NCBI RefSeq assembly: GCF_006345805.1 | Contig: NC_043008.1 | Location: 4,960,001 to 5,024,000, forward strand | Direction of reading: 5' to 3' | DNA length: 64,000 nucleotides | Source of the DNA: Octopus sinensis | Taxonomy: Eukaryota | Shown here: positions 1-64,000 of the stretch, in pieces | Position numbering within the stretch: position 1 is the first letter of the stretch | Layout: every line of letters starts with the position of its first letter | Notes under the pieces: model-generated | Seen by the model: only the letters and a program-made list of their open reading frames with translations | The model's database searches: none | What the model was told of the DNA's origin: nothing | Made by a program: the position numbers and the translations under genes

Positions 1-198
1 GGTTTAGCAAAAAAGATCAAGAGAATAAATACCAGGCTTCAGAAACCAAAGTACTGGGGTTGGTTCATTCGATTAGAATTTCTTCAAGACAGAGCCCTAG
101 CATAGCTACATTCTAACGGGTGAAGCAAGAAAAAGACGAAACTGATTTCACTGATTTGTTGTAAATTAATAATGGTGTAAAATGTCTTTCTTTTACAG

Positions 199-62074
<61,876 letters not shown>

Positions 62075-62510
62075 GTATGTAATTCAGAGATTGTTTTTGT
62101 TTTTTTATTTTATATAATTTATGTCTTTTCTTTGGAAGGAAAGGATCAACATCCTAATTTAATAAGGTCTACATTGCTTTTGTAACTGAACAGCTGCTGT
62201 TTTTTCTCTTTCTTTTGTAAAAGTTAAGGGTGAACGGTTAGAGAATGAGATTCAGAAGTGATGTTATTTTTGGAGTCAAAATTTTACATAGGTGCAGGCA
62301 TGGCTCTGTGGTAAGAAGTTTGCTTCCCAACCATATGGTTGCAGGCTCGATCCCACAGTGTAACACATTTGGCAAGTCTTTTTTACTATAGTTCCATGCC
62401 AATCAAAGTGTTATGAGTGGATTTGATAGACAAAAACTCAAACTCATTGTATATATGTTTGGGACTCTTCTTTAACATAATCTGATAATTGTAAAGGAGT
62501 GTAAAAGAAT

Positions 62511-63465
62511 TCAAGACAGGATGCCCCTAGGAGCTCCTCTATGCTAATGACCTTTCTCTAATTGCTGAGTCACTATCAGAACTAGAGAAGTTTCATGTGT
62601 TCTGCAAGGTCTAGAATTGAAGGGCCTTACAGTCAATCTAGCAAAACCCAAAGTCCTAATAAGTAGGAAGGCAGACAATTCACAAATCCCTTCAGGTAGA
62701 TGGCCTTGCTCGATCTGTAAAAAAGCATAGGTAGAAACTCCATAAGATGTACCCAGTGCAAGCTATGGACACATAAGAGGTGCAGCAATATCAAAGGAAT
62801 GTTAACTGGGAAGATAGTTTTTGTGTGTGGCAGATGCACAGGGGCAATAAACACTGAAAATGTGCAGAAAACAGCTTCCATCAAGTGCCAGGGGAAAAAA
62901 AAACTAGAAGTAGTTGATAGCTTCTATTACGTAGGTGACCAAGTTGGTAGTGGAGGTGGTTGCTCTGAGAGTGTAGCTGCTAGAATAAGAATAGCCTGAG
63001 AGAAAAGTTGGACATAAGAAGCATCAAATGGGGGTGTGCTACAGAAGCCATTGTACTGGTATGGTCATGTGTTTACGTATGGATGAGGACAGCTGTGTGA
63101 AAAATGTCACACCCTAGCAGTAGAGGGAACCTGTAGAAGAGGTAGACCCAAGAAGACTTGAGATGTGAAGGTGAAGCACGACCTTTGAACGTTGGGCCTC
63201 ACAGAGGCGATGACAAGTGACCGAGACCTTTGGAAATATGCTGTGCTTGAGAAGACCTGGCAAGCCAAGTGAGACCATAAACATGGCCTATGCCAGTGCA
63301 GCATAACCAGTCCATTTAAGAGTAGCCTTCAATCATTGCGCAATAAACTGCGCTTGCGATGACCTGTTGAGTCAAGTGAAGTCATTGTTGTGGCCAATGC
63401 TAGTACCACCTGATTGGCACCTGTCCCTGTGGCATGTGAAAATCACCATTTGAGCATGGTTGTTG
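62511..63465 (+). mobile_element. RTE fragment (post-YADD region, PHD insert, C-terminus, start of 3'UTR), sense to mTOR, internally deleted
   Basis: WPCSIC..RCTQCKLWTHKRC..FVCGRC..LEVVDSFYYVGDQV..AARIRIA and GRPKKT..KYAVLEKTWQAK*; colinear with the reverse complement of 30100-31110. Confidence 0.9.
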
Positions 63466-64000
63466 CTAGAAAAATTAGGAGAGAGACATTCATTATAGAT
63501 CAAATTTTAACCAAAAAAAAAAAGATAGTTTTGAATTAAGCAGTAAATGGATAGAATTTTAATTTCATTAATGACTAAATATGGGATCTGGCCACTTAAA
63601 TTTTTAACTCATTCAATGCCCCTTGTTATCAATGAGTAATACAAAGTGTAAGAGTGTTGTTGAGAAGTTTGAATCTGAATTTGAAGGATCGAAAGATGTT
63701 TAAGGGTATAGAAAATCCTTGTAGGGGTCTGTCAACTACCATGTCAGAACCTGTCACAAGGGTGAAAGAGAACAGTATGACTTCGACAGAAACCAGGATT
63801 GATCCACCATACCTTTGGTTTTATAGATGTTTTCGATCTAGTTTGGATTCTTTACAATCAAATTTGAATTTTTCAATTGGTGCTCAAGCCTTGAAAAAAA
63901 AAGAGTTAAACTACATCAGCCGTAAGGGAATACATGTCTATCTTATCTAACTCGTCCAGTAGAGCCCACCATTGATATCTGAAAAGTTCGATGAAATAAC

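Noticed and set aside
63600-64000. Next mTOR exon or another gene at the window end
   Set aside because: The expected AWHAWA-type segment is not present in any plus frame I checked, and ORF 63654-63950 has no recognisable homology. It is treated as intron.

Overview
AT-rich animal genomic DNA, most likely an octopus. That assignment is an inference from the SINE/RTE/MITE repertoire and the long, repeat-filled introns. The whole window lies inside one plus-strand gene, mTOR (serine/threonine kinase TOR). I traced 37 consecutive GT-AG coding exons by hand from 199 to 62074: 5042 nt, phase-consistent, no in-frame stop. They encode the HEAT-repeat region and most of the FAT domain; the extreme N-terminus and the FRB/kinase/FATC domains lie outside the window. 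The introns contain (i) a 5'-truncated antisense RTE-clade LINE (~25262-31576) whose 3'UTR holds a ~4.4-kb array of a 66-bp unit and whose RT domain has an inserted C4HC3 PHD-type finger, (ii) further RTE fragments and many RTE-type (GAT)n tails, (iii) at least two tRNA-derived SINE families, (iv) piggyBac-like and hAT-like MITEs, two tandem non-autonomous Helitrons and a mariner remnant, (v) an apparently exact 3 x 1129-bp tandem triplication, (vi) a ~235-bp fold-back next to exon 29, and (vii) a degenerate minimal hammerhead-ribozyme motif. I found no CRISPR array, rRNA or true tRNA gene, and no second protein-coding gene. The long ORFs in the ORF track are repeat artefacts. Nothing here is a proven new biological system; the best leads are retroelement-derived structures inside mTOR. 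Exon numbers are window-relative. Comparisons with human mTOR are from recalled sequence and need confirming by alignment.
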